Shown here in pieces: positions 62,029 through 64,000 of a DNA stretch of 64,000 nt (positions within the stretch are counted from its first letter, which is position 1; each line of letters begins with the position of its first letter). The notes beneath the pieces are model-generated. The model saw only the letters and a list, made by a program, of their open reading frames with translations, was not told the origin of the DNA and searched no databases. Source of the DNA: Squalus acanthias (taxonomy: Eukaryota); assembly GCA_030390025.1 (NCBI GenBank), contig JASTWF010000180.1, positions 372,001-436,000 of the forward strand, written 5' to 3'. A program made the translations under genes and the position numbers.

Positions 62029-64000
62029 GAAAAGAGGAAATGCAGCAGTTTCCGCCATCATCAAACACCAATAAATCCACTGTTGACAGCAGTTCATAGA
62101 AACAAAAAACTATACAGCACAGAAAGGGGCCATTAGGCCCATAATGCCTGTGCTGGCTAATTCAAAAAGCTATTCAATTAGTCCCACTCTCCTACAATTT
62201 CCCCATTGCCCTGAAATTTTTTCTTTTTCGAGTATTTATCTAAGACCCTTTTGAAATTTATTATTGAATGTTGTTCCTCTAGTCTTTCAGGCAGTGGATT
62301 CCAGACCATAACAACTCGCTGCGTAATCGTTTTATCCTCAAGTCGCCTCTGGTTCTGTTGCCAATTGCATTATCTCTGTGTCCTTCACCTGAAACAATTT
62401 AACTCTGTTTTTCTCTCCACCGATGCTGCCTGACCTGCTGAGCATTTCCAGCATTTTCTGTTTTTGTTTCAGGTTTCCAGCATCCGCTGTATTTTGCTTT
62501 TGTTTCCATGTTTTTGTACTCTATGCCTCTACTTATAAAGGCAACGATCCAGATTTACTTTACAACAGCCTTTTCGAATTGTCCTACCACGTTCAAAGAC
62601 GGGTGTAGGTATACCCTGTTCCAGCACTCCGTTTAACAATGTGCCAAATAGTTTATTTTGCCTCTCCTCATTCTTCCGACCAAAATGAATCACCTCAAAC
62701 TTCTCTGCATTAAATTTCCTCTGCCGTGTATCTGGCCATTTGATCAATCTGTCTATATCGTCCTGAGCTGTGTTACTATTCCCCTCACTGTTCACTAGAT
62801 TTCCTAGTTTCGTGTTATCTGAAAACATTGAAAGTATGCCCCTTACACACAAGTCCAGGGTATTACTATAAAGATCAAAAAGAGCAGTGGCCCCAACACC
62901 GAGCACTGGAGGACACCACTGCACACTTCCTTCCAGTCAGAATATCAACCGTTCACCACTATTCTGCGTTCTACCCCTCAGCTAACTTCGTGTTCCCGCA
63001 GCGAAAGCCCCTTTAATCCCATGTGCTGCAATTTTGCTAACAAGTCTATCATGGGGTATTTTATCAAACGCCAATGGAAAATCAATGCACACAACATGAA
63101 ACGCACTACCTTCATCCACCCTCTGTTACTTTATTAAAAAAACTGGAACAAGTTAGTCAAACACAAATGTTATTTTATTTTTCGTTCATGGGATGTGGCA
63201 AGGCCAGCATTTATTGGCCATCCCTAGTTGCCCTTGAGAAGGCGGTAGTCAGCCGCCTCCTTGAACCGCTGCAGTCGGTGTGCTGAAGGTACTCGCACAG
63301 TGCTGTTAGGGAGGGTGTTCCAAGATTTTGACACAGCGACGATTAAGGATTGGCGATGTACTTGTAAGTCAGGAAGGTGTGTGACTTCGAGGTGAACTTG
63401 GAGGTGCTGGTGTTCCCTTGCGACTGCTGCGCTTGTCCTTCTAGGTGGTAGATGGGTTTTGGGAGGTGCTGCCGAAGTAGCCTTGGTGAGTTGCTGCAGT
63501 TCATCTTGTAGATGGTACGCACGACAGCCACGTTGCGCCGGTGGTGGAGGGAGTGAATGTTTAAGGTGTTGGATGGGGTGCCGATCCAGCGGGCTGCTTT
63601 GTCCTGGATGGTGTCGAGTTTCTTGAGTGTTGTTGGAGCTGAACTGATCCAGTAAAGTGGAGAGTATTCCATCACACTCCTTACTTGTGATTTGTAGATG
63701 GTAGAAAGGCTTTGGGGCGTCAGGAGGTGAGACACTCGCCGCCAAATACCCTGCCTCTGACCTGCTCTTGTGGCCACAGAATTTATGTGGCTGATCCAGT
63801 TAAGTTTCTGGTCAATGGTGATCCCCAGGATGTTGATGGTGGGGGATTCGGCGATGGTAATGCCGTTGAATGTCAAGGAGAGGTGATTAGACTCTCGCTT
63901 GTTGGAGTTAGTCATTGCCAATGTTAACTACCACTTATCAGCCCAAACCTGAACATAAGAACATAAGAACATAAGAAATAGCAGCAGGAGTAGGCCATTC

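Larger units (their letters stand above)
3700..64000 (+). repeat. Tandem array of ~4 kb V-containing units (15 units, the last cut by the window end), organised as an ~8.1 kb A/B dimer
   Basis: V-to-V spacings are 3948, 4129, 3959, 4159, 4132, 3958, 4135, 3969, 4135, 3974, 4128, 3968, 4135, 3969. The same order of retroelement fragments recurs in every unit. Confidence 0.97.

Overview
Vertebrate genomic DNA, most likely a cartilaginous fish (shark-type IgM/IgW-like V segments and leaders, abundant decayed CR1-clade LINEs, a Deu-domain tRNA-SINE). The window holds 16 unrearranged antigen-receptor V gene segments, all on the + strand, each laid out as leader exon, intron, V exon and 23-bp-spacer RSS. 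One is a divergent IgW-like V with a 1-nt frameshift (V0, 1111-2011). The other 15 (V1-V15, 4826-62028) are near-identical IgM-VH-like segments in a ~4 kb tandem array whose units alternate between ~3.96 and ~4.13 kb and are otherwise filled with retroelement fragments. I found no D, J or C segments, so this is a translocon-style V array and not the V-D-D-J-C cluster typical of shark IgH. The V domains also carry TCR/L-chain-like WYRQ and non-CAR ends. The best interpretation is an expanded family of Ig-like V segments serving a TCR-delta/alpha-type locus (VH-delta/TAILV-like) or an unusual translocon IgH; the window alone cannot decide between these. All other ORFs in the track appear to be LINE reverse-transcriptase debris or off-frame/antisense readings. 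Family assignments come from my recall of consensus motifs, not from database searches.
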